Notes under the pieces: generated by a model
What the model was told of the DNA's origin: nothing
Databases searched by the model: none
What the model saw: only the letters and a program-made list of their open reading frames with translations
In this document: positions 36,601 to 49,600 of the stretch, in pieces
Layout: the number at the start of each line of letters is the position of its first letter
Position numbering within the stretch: the stretch's first letter is position 1
Origin: Catajapyx aquilonaris
Lineage: Eukaryota
Length of the DNA stretch: 57,968 nt
Assembly: GCA_000934665.2 (NCBI GenBank)
Contig: JYFJ02002382.1
Span: 1 to 57,968 of the forward strand
Direction of reading: 5' to 3'
Program-made: the position numbers and the translations under genes

Positions 36601-38560
36601 CAGCCAAAGCCAAGCGCCGGATTTTTCCTTTGCAATCCAAATAGACCATTGCGAAACACCCCCTGTAATCATGGGCAATACAATTCGCATTACAGTTCCT
36701 CATTCGGCCTATCCATTTCGCCGCTCATTTATTGTTGTTTTTATTTGCACTTTTACTTTTTGGTGTCCCTGCTGCAATTGCGACACATGACTTATTTTGT
36801 AAGCATCATCAGTTGCTACAAAACATGCGACAATGATTGGCCAAGTGTCAGATGTACCGCCGGCAGGAAAAGAAGCGGTTCCAACCCACCCAATTCCCTT
36901 CACCCCTTCTCACTTTCTCTTTCTTTTCAGGCTTCTGTGTGTACTCAGGAAGGAAGGTAGTCGGAGAGGGAACATGAAAGGGGTTGTAAGGGTAGGGGAT
37001 GGCCAGATAGCGGGCTTGTGGCCCCGAGGCGAGGGAGGGGCCAAGGTCCCTTCTCTTGGCTTTAAAATAAAAAATAAAACCACCACCACCACCACCACCA
37101 CCCACCAACCAACTATGCAACCCCTCCTAAAAACAGCCAAGCAAGCAATATGTATGACCTTGCTTGCCAATCCTTGCGTTCAAATCTCCCCCAACTTTGC
37201 TGGGCGCTCATGTGCACTGGCCCTTTACTCCAGTTTGTGGAGTGAGGAAAAAAGAGCACATTCGCATAATTTCAGGTGTTGCTTTCTACTCCTTAACAAA
37301 CACCCCCCTTCAAGCTCTGAGTTCGATCCCTGGATAGGTTCGCCCCATATTCGCTGAGAGAGAAACCGTCAAATAATAATTAAAAAAAAAAATGGTATGC
37401 ACCACAGTAAACTATTCCACAAATCACATTTTGTGAATTTCCTCCACAAACTTACATATTATAATAAATCACACAGTTTGTCTGCATGTCCGGGCAACCT
37501 AACCCACTTCCACATCTCTGAGAGTCATGAAACTTGGCACACTGCCGCTGATTCAGGGAAAAAAGTCAGAAAACTGCACTTTGTTGAGTCTAATCTTCTT
37601 ACAAATTATATGAAGCACAAAGTTTGTCTCTATGTCACGGCTTCCACTTCCGGAGTACTGAGAGTACTGAAACTTGGCACACTGATTGATGCCGCTGATT
37701 GAAGGACAAGTCCGAAAACAGCACCGTTTTGAGCCAAAATGTAAGATTATTATCTGTGTTTTCTCTCATCTCATTGTTATCAATCATACATATACATACG
37801 GTAATATAAAGCACAGTTTGTATGTCCGGGCTACCTAACTCACTTCCGGACTACCGAGAGTCCTGAAACTCTGCACACTGATGGATTAAGTGCCGCTGAT
37901 TAGGGAAAAAGTCCGAAACTCGCACTTTTTTAAAAGTCTAGACATCCAAAATTTAGGATTTTTGTTTAGTTTGATCTCAATCTTCGGTGATTATTACCAA
38001 TCACCCCTTCTATAGTCCAATTAGCATCATTAATGAACTATAATTACAGCTGTTTTGGTCCCATTGCTTCTTTTTCATAAATCCAGGCATTAGTTGCCTC
38101 ACCTTCCCCCCCACACAGTAAGTGACCTTCCTTCCCTTTGGGAACACCTGACCTGTTGCCAATTAGGGGTGACCTCCGCCCCTCCGTTTGGGGCATCCCC
38201 CAGACCATCCCAGAAGGGGAAAGTGAGGCCCTTGATGACCCGCCCCCCTTGACCACTTTCTTATTTCACCCCTCTCCACCTGTCAGGTGAGGGGGGGTGC
38301 AGAACATGCTTGGCAGCTGCTCACATTTTTCTTACGTATGTACCGCTAGGTTGTAATCGTGGAAAAAAAAACACACAAGCAGGCAAGGCCGGACGCCATT
38401 TTTAGAGATGCTCCGGGTACCTGTTTAGAGACCACGAGGTCAACTGATGCCGATTTATGTTTGGAATTGAAATGTCGCAGGGTGGGTCAACATATTGTTG
38501 GGCAACATGGTACGTACCTTGAGGACCCCGCGGCGGCAGGCGGGGCTGGGTGCGTCGCAT
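27691..38560 (-). CDS. Large secreted mucin-like protein with three CBM14/peritrophin-A domains
   Basis: Phase-compatible exons (minus): 38560-38518 (MRRTQPRLPPRGPQ, least certain), 35094-35009 (signal AVLLLLLVLLCGA), 34590-34467 (FLDFERLPDTNFSCEGKVIGGYYADVETGCQMFHVC), 32096-31934 (IKFLCLNGTVFDQQTRVCERVDEVDC), 30908-30351, 29628-29326 (FTCAGRVSGGLYADVELGCRAFHIC), 29267-29119 (FWCGVGTLLDQRSRTC), 29060-28482 and 28427-27691 (FTCRGRHMFRFYADTSLGCRLFHFC...VCS*). Confidence 0.82.
29660..29800. mobile_element. Partial copy of the MITE-like family seen at 1083-1590
   Basis: ttgtttccaacact...tatggccgacttttg...ggcaacgttg...tcggaacaa...cttgcgcgagtgtg...gcgcactctgttgcgctcgtaaaaaaaatt. Confidence 0.72.
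37455..37935 (+). repeat. Three tandem ~150-190 bp degenerate units (possibly non-autonomous Helitron-like 5' segments)
   Basis: Each unit has ...cacagtttg..tgtc..gg...cacttcc...gagagt..tgaaact..gcacactg...gccgctgatt...aagtc.gaaa..gcac. A related fragment fills the GLDC intron at ~40440-40545. The Helitron affinity is an inference. Confidence 0.65.
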
Positions 38561-39497
38561 CTCCTGCGACTCAGCTGCAGGGTGAGCCGACGACGTCGCA
38601 GGAGCTGCAGCGTCGGCGGCGTCCAGAAGGCGTCCACATGGCCTACGATCAACGAGTAGACTCACTCAAAAGAACACGTGTGCCTGACATTCAACACACT
38701 AGCTGGCACACGTCCAAAAAACGGTCCGTCCAGTATAGGGAAAGTGCGAAAAATAAAGTGAGCTAATCGAACAAGGCAAATGCATGGTCTGCTTAATCCA
38801 AGCCGCCACATATTTCTGGCGAAAACCATGCAACGGCCCAGGAAGCCAACCAATGGCCCGTGACCATCACCAAATAACACCACATTTTCACTTACGTCAC
38901 TTTCGACCCCGATAACTTCCACTGGTCTGCCCTGCCCCCCTCCCGCCCGTACCACCGTACATACCCTTTGCCGTCCTCTCGGTGTGTTTATGGCGAAAAA
39001 ATATTTCGGGGTGAAAGCTCTCTCTCTCGCACACTTTCACCTCCTTTTCAGTGTATGGCGCCAAGGTCGCGCCAGATGGCGCCCCCCCCCCCCCCCACGT
39101 GCTTTTCAAACCACTCCCGAAAAAAACCCCCCCACAGTGCAGGAATGTGGTAAACACCTTTTAGGAAGGGGGAGGTATATACTATACCAGATGTGATATG
39201 GCCGGCACCAAGAAGGAAGCAAAGGGTGTCCGAGCCGCAACTGGGTCACTTAGAAAGTGGCAGCCGACAGCCGCCACAACCAGGCTATACACCCACCCCA
39301 AAAACCCTCCCTCCCCCTTCTCATTTTTACCACCCCAAACCACCCAACCCTTCACCACACCACCCCGCTCTCTTTCTTTCTCCCTGAAGAAGAAGAAGGA
39401 CCATCATCAGAGGACATGCGGAAGGAAGGGACACAGCACTCGTTGTCATATATCTATTGGAACCTTTTTTTTATTGGGTGTGAAGGAGGGTGAGAAT

Positions 39498-42400
39498 TTA
39501 GTCGAGATGGGGTGAACGGTATGGCTGCAGTGGAGGACAGGTGCACACCAGGTTCTGGTCGCCGTACTGGTCGTCGATGCGGGCCACCGTCGGCCACACT
39601 TTGGTCGAGGGAGTCACGAACGGCTGTTGGGATAAGTTGGATTAGTATAACTCGTGCAGTGCTTGGTGGCGCCACGAGCCTAGGGCTGCAAAACAGCGAA
39701 TCGAAGGCGTCAATAGCAAGTGCATTTTTTAACGCGCGCAACCGAGTGCGCACTCACATATTGTTACCCTTGCGCGAACTGTGTTGCGCACTCGGTTGCG
39801 CTCATTAAAAAAAAATCTAATAGGCTTATTCTCTCTGTCGGATGTTTGCCCGACCTGATAGTATCAATATCTCTCGCACGACCTGTGGGTGGCGGGAGTG
39901 TGCAGTAAAGGGGCACTACCCACGCCATCTATGCCCGACGAAAAGTACCACATGGTAAATCGGCGGGCCATCTCATCAAATTGTGTAATTGTCACCGTTA
40001 TACTGATTATTATATAGGTTTTGCCAAATTTTGGCAACGGGTTCACTAGTTCATCTATAACTACGATTCACTCTATTGCGACCAAAGGCTTGTGGCGCCA
40101 CCAGAGTCGAACAGCACTTACGGCTGGAAAGGCCGCTGTTTCCCTGGTGTATGGTCTGTCCCATTTGGAGGAAATGAGCTGAGCCTGAGTGTGTGGGGCC
40201 ATCTGCAAAGGGTTCTTCTGCTTGTCCCATCGGCCTTCCTCGATGGCTTGTATCTCCTCCCGGATGCAGATCATTGCGTCGCAGAATCGGTCCAGCTCCG
40301 CTCTGTCCTCAGACTCGGTCGGTTCCACCATCAACGCGCCTGAAACTGGCCAGCTCACGGTAGGCGCGTGGAAACCAAAGTCCATCAGACGCTTCGCAAC
40401 ATCTCCAGCTTCAATACCAGCAGTTTTCTGTAAACCACATAACATAATATAAATCAGAAAGTTTGTCCATATATGCATAATGTCACGGATATTTAACCCA
40501 CTTCCGGAGTACTGATGGATTAAGTGCTGCTGATTGTAGACAAGTGATATTACCTTGAATGGTCGTAGGTCCAACACGAACTCGTGGGCTACCAGCCCGC
40601 TTCTTCCTACAAACAGTGTCCGGTAGTGTCCATCTAGTCGCTTGGACATGTAGTTGGCGTTGAGGATGGCCACCTGCGTCGCCTTTCTGAGACCGGCTGC
40701 CCCCATCATCTTGATGTAGGCCCAGCTGATGGGCAGGATAGCAGATGACCCAAAAGGTGCGGCGCTGACCACTCCGAATGGACGTGACTTTTTGCCCCAA
40801 GCGGCCTCTGGGTTCACCACAGGATGTCCCGGAAGAAACGGAGCCAAGTGGGCCTTGCTGGAAGTGTTCAAAAAAACTGAGCTCGACCCCCATTCGGCCC
40901 TTCAGAGATGTCTGTCCGAGATACTTACACACCGATTGGTCCCATGCCAGGTCCGCCTCCTCCGTGCGGTATGCAGAATGTCTTGTGCAGGTTCAGATGG
41001 GACACGTCCGAACCGTAGTCGCCCGGACGGCACAGCCCAACCTGCGCGTTCATGTTGGCTCCGTCCAGATAGACCTGTCCTCCGTGCTGGTGGACCATGC
41101 TGCACATGTCCGCGACAGACTCCTCGAACACCCCGTACGTGCTCGGGTAGGTGATCATCAGACAGGCCAGATCGTGCTTGTGCTTGTCCAGCTTGGCAGT
41201 CAGATGCTTGATGTCCACAGATCCGTCCTTGCATACGTTCACGGTCTCCACTTTCATTCCGGCCATCTGCGCCGATGCAGGGTTGGTACCGTGTGCGGAC
41301 ACAGGCACCAGACAGATGCTCCGGTGCCCTTCACCCTGCGCTTCCAGGTACGACTTGATTGCTCTGAGTCCGGCGTACTCTCCCTGCGCACCGCTGTTTG
41401 GTTGGAACGACACCCGTTCGTACCCGGTGATCTCGCACAGGTCACGTTCCAGCTCCTGGAACAGCTGGAGGTACCCCAAGGCCTGATCACGAGGTGCGAA
41501 GGGATGCAGGTCAGTGAATGCCTGGAGCGAGCATGCCAGCATCTCGCTGGTGCCGTTCAGCTTCATGGTGCACGAACCCAGAGGAATCATGGAGTGCACC
41601 AGAGACACATCCTTGTTCTCCAGCTGCTTCATGTACCGGACCAGCCGTGTCTCGGAGTGATGTGCGCTGAACACCGGGTGTGTCAGGTACTCCGTGGTGC
41701 GTCGGAGCGGACTGTTGGAGATGTGTCCGGACAGTTCGGTCGCCGGTACGCAAGCGGACAGTGCAGACGCCTTCTCGTCGCTTCCGAACACCCACAGGAG
41801 GTCGTCCAGATCAGATTCGGTCACTGTCTCGTCCAATGCTACCCCTACCTGAAATGGACGATGCAAACGGGCACAAGCTGGACAACTTTGGCCAAGTTCA
41901 TTTATATTTGAGCTCATTCTGACGGGAGAATGTGCATGTCCAAGTGGGGCGCGGTGAGAGCAAGGTCGCCTACCAAAAAATGTTGGGACACTCAGTCCCT
42001 CAGGGTGTGGTCATGTATAAAACTTCACATGGGCATTACCCCCTACAGACATACCAGGGGAGGCAAAAAAGGGGGGTGACCCACCTTTGGCTGGCAAACA
42101 ATTATTAAATCAAAAAGCTGTCCGCAACCGAGGATCATACAACATGTAATTACAACTCTTACACAGCATGCAATGGGCAGAACAATAATTCGGGACCAAT
42201 CATTCAAACAATGTGAAGGGCAAATCACGCGTGATTCGAGTAGACTTTTTTTCCTCATTGAGCAGCGGGAAATGAGACTAACAATTTCGTTGAATACGAT
42301 ACGGATACGGATTGACTAATTGGTACATACCCGTCCGTCTTCGTGGTATCTGAGGTTGATCTGCCTCTGCCTGGCCCTGTGCTGCACCTCCGATGCGGCC

Positions 42401-44600
42401 ATACCAGGCGAGACGGTGATGGTGTCGAAGAAGAGCTGTCCCTCGACCGTGTTTCCAGCACGACGTAGACCGTGTGCCAGGAGAAGTGAGGCCTGGTGTA
42501 TCCGGAGGGCAACCCTCTTCAGACCCTGAGGACCGTGGTACACTGCGTACATAGCGGCCATGTTGGCCAGAAGAGCCTGGGCGGTGCAGATGTTGGACGT
42601 GGCTTTGTCGCGACGGATATGCTGTTCCCGTGTCTGCAGGGCCAGTCTGAGGGCGTCGTTGCCGTCGGCGTCGCGGGTCACCCCAATCATCCTGCCTGGA
42701 ACCATCCGGACCAGAGGGGCCCGAACGGAGAAGAACCCAGCGTGTGGTCCGCCGTACCCTAGTGGCACGCCCAATCGCTGACTGGTACCCACTGCTATGT
42801 CGGCACCCAGTTCTCCAGGAGCTCGCAGGAGGGTCAAGGCCAGGAGGTCAGTAGCCACACACACCAGGCTCTGCAAAAATATTTTGCCAACATTTGATTG
42901 CAACAGACCGTGTACACAGAAGAGACGTACCCCGTGGCTGTGTGCGTCCTGCACCAGCTGTGCGTAGTCGTTGACAACCCCGTGGGTGTCCGGGTACTGC
43001 AGCAGTATGGCCGACACATCTCGACGAGCCAGTGGCTCATCCATTTCGTCAGGATGGATTATCTGGACCTGAAGACCTAAGGAAGCCGCACGTGTCTGCA
43101 CGACGCTCACTGTCTGAGGATGAAGACCAGTGGACAGCAGGATGCGACGTCTCTTGTTGTGCCGGTACGCCAGCGACATTGCTTCAGCCGCAGCGGTGCC
43201 TTCGTCCAGCAAGGAAGCGTTGGACACCTCCAGACCAGTCAGATCGGACACCAGTGTCTGGTAGTTGAGTAGGCCCTCGAGTCGCCCCTGGGCCAACTCG
43301 GGCTGGTACGGCGTGTACTGGGTGGTCCAACCTGGGTTCTCGAACAGGTTGCGCATGATGGTGTGAGGCACGCAGCAGTTGTGGTAGCCCATACCGATGA
43401 ACGAACGCCATACCGAGTTCTTGGACGCAACGCTTCGTACTCGCTCAACCAACTCGCGTTCACCTGGTTCATATCGGAATAACCGGAAAATACGGTACAA
43501 AAAAAGGATAAATAATCTCTCTCTTCGCTATACCTTCTTTCTAGGCCTGCGGCCTGCGGTGGACACCGTCCTATTATTATTGCAATTATTATTTTTTCTG
43601 TAAATTGAATAACTATCAGATTAATTAGACTATGTGCAGACATCTATCAAAATTACAGCAAGATAAAACAAATCACAGGGTGATCCATTGTGATTGCTAA
43701 AAAAAATGCAAACACAATCACGTTTATAGTCATATGCGATAAGATATGAAAAAAAATTAGAGGACGGCGGTTCAGCAACCAGCAATTGCGTAATCGCCTA
43801 TTTTTATAGTATCTCAAAATTTCGCAATTAGGAGTCACTCGAGGTCAAACCCTTGCAATTAGCACGTGTTAATTATTCCCCCTCCCTTCGTTGAATCACT
43901 TAATTATGTCTGTCAGCTGATCAGTCCTGATTCGAGCATGATCAGCTGATTAGTCACACGATATGTGAACGCGAATTGATTCAGATGGTGATTAGTGACT
44001 ATGCACATCCTGACTATATAATTAAGCCCTATAGGAACAACCAGGCACCGAAGGACACTTTAATTGTACCGGCGTGTGCGGTACGTGTTATGATGTTACG
44101 TACCTAGAGGCGGATCCAATCGAAGTTCACGAGTCAAACGGATGGATTCTGGTACCGCAGTGTTGGTCAAATCATCCAGAGTCTGCGATACACAAGTTAA
44201 ATCAGAGCCGGTTGCACCAAAAATTAATTACTGAGCTAATCAGCAGCTTTCGTTACAAATTCAAGGCCGGATGTGCCACCATAATTTTATTTCATAACCA
44301 TCTTATGGCTGTACCGGCAGTATGTACACCATGCAATAATTGAGGACAGCCAAAGGTCAAGATAAAATATATCCATTTGGGTGGAGAGACAATGCGCCGT
44401 ACCTTGTACCCTAGAAAGGCCAGCATTTTGGCCTGCTCATCCTCCGATGGACCGATGTGTCTTGGAGCAAACTCGTCCGACGGAGGCATCAGACGACGGA
44501 GCGACTCCTGCTTCGCCGCCGACATCCCCCGGGCGGACCCCAGGGCCACCCCGGGGCCAGCCCCGACCCTCTTCAACCACCACGACCTCCTCAGCAACAT
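39498..44600 (-). CDS. GLDC: Glycine dehydrogenase (decarboxylating), mitochondrial; glycine cleavage system P protein
   Basis: Exons (minus): 44600-44403, 44182-44104, 43463-42931, 42870-42331, 41848-40929, 40857-40554, 40427-40122, 39623-39498. Motifs [42 protein letters not shown]-lysine [37 protein letters not shown]; Arg-rich N-terminal transit peptide. Confidence 0.96.
39725..39815. mobile_element. Internally deleted ~90-bp member of the same TIR family in the last GLDC intron
   Basis: ttttttaacgcgcgcaaccgagtgcgca ... tgcgcactcggttgcgctcattaaaaaa (terminal inverted repeats). Confidence 0.72.
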
Positions 44601-46634
44601 CCTCCTGCACCAGACACCACTCTACCAAAGGCCCTCCGAAAAATAATTTTCCAGCTCACAACCCCTCTTTGCTAAGCCTCTGACGTCACCAAACCCTTCC
44701 TTGGGTCGGGACAAAGGTCAAGGCCTAGATAATCATCCCACTCCTTCAAACTACACTCTTCTGCAGTAAACAACCCTCGACCCCTAATAAAATGTTGCTC
44801 AGTAGCAATTGATCTCAGATTACCTAAGAACTCGTGCGCATTGTTGCTACGGATCTAACCGCAAACGTACAAGGGTATTGAGACAACTTCAGGTGCTGTG
44901 GCAATCCGCCATCAGAAATCTGTATTTTTATCAATCAAAAAATCATACAACCATGCCTTAGGTAAATTCTCACATCCAACACTACCTCAAGACCAAACGT
45001 TGCATTGTCTTCCGGCCCACATCGTCCTAGAGGTGATTGTCTTTTTTTTAATATTCCGAAGGGAGCTGCTCACTTGATCAATCCCTTTTTCACACACACT
45101 CACACTCACACAATATTGCAAAACACTATGCACATTTCTGTGCAACAAAAAAAAACAGAAAAGAAAAAAAAAAATTGCATATGACTGCTTGGAACACAAA
45201 TGGTGTCTGGATTGAGTTGTTTTCTTCCGACGGGGAAATATGGAGGTGGGTATGAAAAATCCTTCAAAATAACTTAAAAAGATTGTACAAAAAATTGCGT
45301 CAAAACTACCACACTATGGAAAGAAAAACAAGGTCGCACTGATCCAAAAAATATTGGAGGTCAGCTGACATGCCGGGAAGAGAAGCAGTTCTCGGCAGAG
45401 ATGTCAACATTCTCCGCAAATCTGAAACGGGAACAGTGGTAGTGGGTTTCTTTCGCCAACAGACCAAAACCATTTACCAGGTTACTCGCAGTACCTTACA
45501 CACACATTTATTAGTAAAAAGACTGCAACTCTTTGCAAATCAGTTGCAAATTGTGTAATTTATATAAATAATAATAATAATGTGCATTATGTAGCGCAAT
45601 TTTTACTACGATCATTTACAAGTTTCGTCCCACACTTGGCCCACTCTGATAGTAAACTTGCATGGACCTGCGTGTAACCATATCTTACAGAGAATCAAGA
45701 TAGCGAATAATTCAGCGGACGTGAGGTCATTACTGCGGCTACTCACTGCAATTGTCTTTCATGATTGGTTCATAACCGCTGTAATGCTCACATTTCCTCC
45801 TCACTCTTGGGCTACGCAGCCCATATACAATATATGTCCTTCACACCAATTATGTACATAAAATGGTGCAGTAAATATGGCACATGACAGAACTGAACTC
45901 TAATATAGCCGTGGTCAACGTAATCACAAATTGGTTTGAGATGCTCTCCGTGCAGTATTCTGCGGTAGGTACACTAGTAGCCAGAGCTTACAAAATTTGC
46001 CTGGAAGAGGGTATGAAAATTAGTGCGGCCATCTGGTGTGTTAAAAAGTCGACGATTTCAGGATGCATCAAGTTGTTAAAATGGTACAGCAATTGACACC
46101 CTCTACACCGGGACAAAACTCACTCAAGACACACCCTCGACCTCACAAAAATAAAACCTAACTACATAATGATCAGTCCATAACTTGAAGAAGAAAAAAA
46201 AAAGAGCAGTTAATCCTTCAGGTTAAAAAAACCACAGTCTGCCAAATGCCATGAAAACACACAACAAAGGCTACTGGAAGGCCAAAGAATTCTTTCGGAA
46301 AGGAATTTGCCGGACATTTCCTCTATCCTCATAAGCCACGGAACAAATACGTTTTTCCTCTTTTTGCCTCGTGCTTAAAATTTTAGGTTCATTTACATTT
46401 CCTCGTGAACCACACTAGATGTGCTGGATGGTACTCGGCGTAAAGGGGAGTGTCGTCGTGCAAATTACAGAATTATTCCGACAGGAAATGTTGCTTTGCA
46501 CTTGGCCGACTATGCCTCTCTAACCCATTCGATTCAAGCCGTTAACATAATTAACAACGGAAAGAAAAAAAAGTGGGCAAGATGCTGGTGGGTGGTGCCC
46601 CTAGCAGGTGCATATGCAACAAAGTGAAACCCCC

Positions 46635-49600
46635 TCACCAGGGCATGTTGGTGAACTGATGCGCACTCTCTGGGAAGAGAAGGGTGGCATCCTCCGACGC
46701 AGGGTTGGCCAGGACCATCACGGCCGCTCCCTGGGTGTCAGTCGAGCTGGAGACGGAGGAGCAGCCCTGGTCGCTGCTGCTGCTCCAGAGGGTCAACTGT
46801 TGCTGTGGCTCAACAGCCGGCGATCTCGCTTCTGACGGAGGAGAAGACGCCTCAGGCATAGGACTGTTGAGAGCAACGGCAGCCAAGACGTGTAAGTTTG
46901 ACTGACTTTGGGTGAAGACTGTAAGGGGCGGGTTGGGGGGAGGCGGAGGGGGAGGGGGCGGCATCAAGGTGCAGTCCCCTTCCGTTGGCTTCCCGAGGAC
47001 CCTTTTCTCTGGATGCGCCTGCTTCCTGGGCCTGTGTCTCAAGGGCGCTGGGAGGTGACACGTTGACGGCGACGGCAACCTTGGTTCAAGCGGTTTCGGT
47101 GCTATGGGGCGTTGTTGTACTACCGACTGTTGCGGAGGTGGATTGAGAACGGGGCGTTGCACCAACGTCAGCGACAGCTGCTGTGCCGGGGGGTAGGTCA
47201 CACCTGCGAACTTCGCCTCCTGCAAAACAAACCGGAGTAAACACAACGGCTCAGCTTTCAGCTTTTAAATTAACGTACCTGTTGCTTGGGCTTAATAGGG
47301 ATCCACTGATTGCTTCTGGAATTATTGCTAGTGGCAGGCGCAATTGTTGGGGTTATGGTTAACGAGGGTGGCAGTGAGAGAGTTGCAGCAGGTAAATGGC
47401 TGGTGGCAGGCAGACTCGCCGGCAGAACGAAGGGTTTAGCGGCAGGCTCACTTCTGGCTTGCACTATAGTCAAGTTTGTGGGGCCAACCGTGCACTGGAA
47501 GTTCACGACCGAGTGATGCTTGTTGGCTGACTCTTGCGGCAACCTGAATGCTTGGAGCTGTATGGTTGGTTCACTACTGATCTTCTTTGGGGGAGGAGGC
47601 ACAGGTGGAACTGGGGGCTGAACCTGGAACTTGAGTTGGGCCTGTTGCTTGATGTCCGGTTGTCTACATATGTCGGCCACTGACACAGATCGCGGTGGAT
47701 TTAATATTTTCCGTTCAATACGTGCTCCTCCTTCAAGCTGCACAAAAGTCGGACCTTCGGCTGCCACATGCGGCAGCCCATAAGCCTGATTCGTGCTATG
47801 CTCCTGGGCAGGGGCCTGCATGGCCTTCACGACTTCTCCTTTCACTTGCTGTTGAGCTTGGGTCTGACTCAAGCCAAATTGTTGCACCTTCTGTATGAGC
47901 GGAACTGGTAAGATGCCAGCACCTTCTGATGTGACTTGCAGCTGTTGTGCTTGGGCATGCACCAAGGTTGAGCCGCCTGCTTTACTCTGCGAGTGTATGG
48001 AAGCCTCGGACCGTTTGACTTGCAAAAAGGTTGAGCCTGCTTTGAAATGGGGTTGTATCTTAGCCTCATCTTCTCTGACCTGCGCAACAGTTGCGCCTTC
48101 CGCTTTAACAGGTGGCTGCACATTAGGTTCAGAACCTTTGACCTGTCCGAAGGTTGCACCTTCTTTTTTGACCTGCTGCTGTTGTACATTAAGTTCGAAT
48201 TCTTTGACTGGCACAAATTTAGGACCAGCTTCCTTCACATGTGATTGTCCATTGGTGTGACTTTGGGCCTGAACAAAAGTTGGACCGTGTGGCCTGACCT
48301 GGGCTTGCATGTTGACCTGACCTCTAGCTTGTGGTAAGGTGACTTGGGGTGATTTCACCTGCAGCTGCCGCTGAACATGTTCCTTGACCTGTTGGTGGGT
48401 CATCCTCTGGTACAAAGGCTGCTGCTCACTCTTGCTCGGATGTTGCACGAAGCCAATTGGTTTGATGTCTGGTCGCACCTGGGTCGGCCCTTTGATCCCA
48501 AGCTGTGCTTGGGTCAACCCCTTGGCATGCCCTGGGTACACTTGCAGGCTCTGGCCCCTGGACTGCTGCTGTAGGTTGGCCTCACGCTCACCCTTAATTT
48601 GCACAAAGGTTGGGCCCTTATGTTTCACTTGCGGCTGACCGTAACTCGCACTCTCCTGTTTGACGTGTGGCTGAACACTGGTCTGAACCTTGATCGGCTG
48701 TGGCTTTTGGGCCTGCGGCAGCAAGTAAACTGGCCTCTTGATCTCTTGTTGCAGAGGGGGTATAACCGGCACTCGGGGCTGAACTTGTGGGGTCGGCTTG
48801 GACTGCGCTTGAGAGAAGGTGCGACCCTGGACCTGAGGCTGCACCTGCATGCTGGCCATCTCGGCATTCTGTTTCTGCAGCTGTTTCAGTGTGTAGACCA
48901 GCCACTCCTCCTTCGTTATCTGGTTGATGTCAGGGCCAGAAGAATCATCATGCTTCCGCCTCTCAATGTCCATGGCGGCTTTCCTGATCTGAAATAAAAT
49001 GAACAGCAATGAGATATGGCGAAGGTTAACATTGAAAGTGAAGTCGCGCAGCCAAGTTTCTCAGCGAAACGGGCTACTTGTCAGATATTTACATTACAAA
49101 ATGCAAATATTATTGATGCATTTGCATATCCTAGGCGGTCAAACATGAGCTAACAATTTACCAAAAGGACTCAGAAATTTTACAGAGAGAACTTTGGCAT
49201 GCTACATACTGATTTACGTGGAAATATCTACTCATTCAAGTAAACCTAAGCTCACATGCCACCCCAACTAATTAGCTGCTAAATTATTAATTCCTTACAT
49301 TCCTCAGTTCTTCCTGCGTCTTAGTCCAATTACTGCCTCCAGGTCTTATTGACGATCCCAGAGACTTATTACTCACTTCAAACGCCATGTTGGAAGTGGA
49401 TGGAATGCGTGGCACAGGAGTTATCGTCAGCGTTGATGGGAGTTGTGGAAGGTTCATGGGGCGCTCGTGGTGATGGCGATGGTGGTGCCTGTCGCGGTGT
49501 TTGTGGCGGTGCTTCACAGACACACCGGCTGGAAGGGGAGGCAGCACTATCTCGTCCTCGTCGTGGTCCACTTTCGGCCGCGGCTGAGGACGTGACTGTG

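Noticed and set aside
37315..37345. gagttcgatccc as a tRNA or SINE B-box
   Set aside because: No A-box or cloverleaf could be built around it.
37455..37935. Spaced direct repeats as a CRISPR-like array
   Set aside because: Units are long, degenerate and whole-unit homologous with no unique spacers; the context is eukaryotic and no cas genes are present.
40778..41911. 377-aa plus-strand ORF
   Set aside because: Antisense shadow of a GC3-rich GLDC exon; no recognisable domain.
39498..44600. GLDC as a horizontally acquired bacterial gcvP
   Set aside because: It has seven spliceosomal introns and a mitochondrial transit peptide; an ordinary animal gene.
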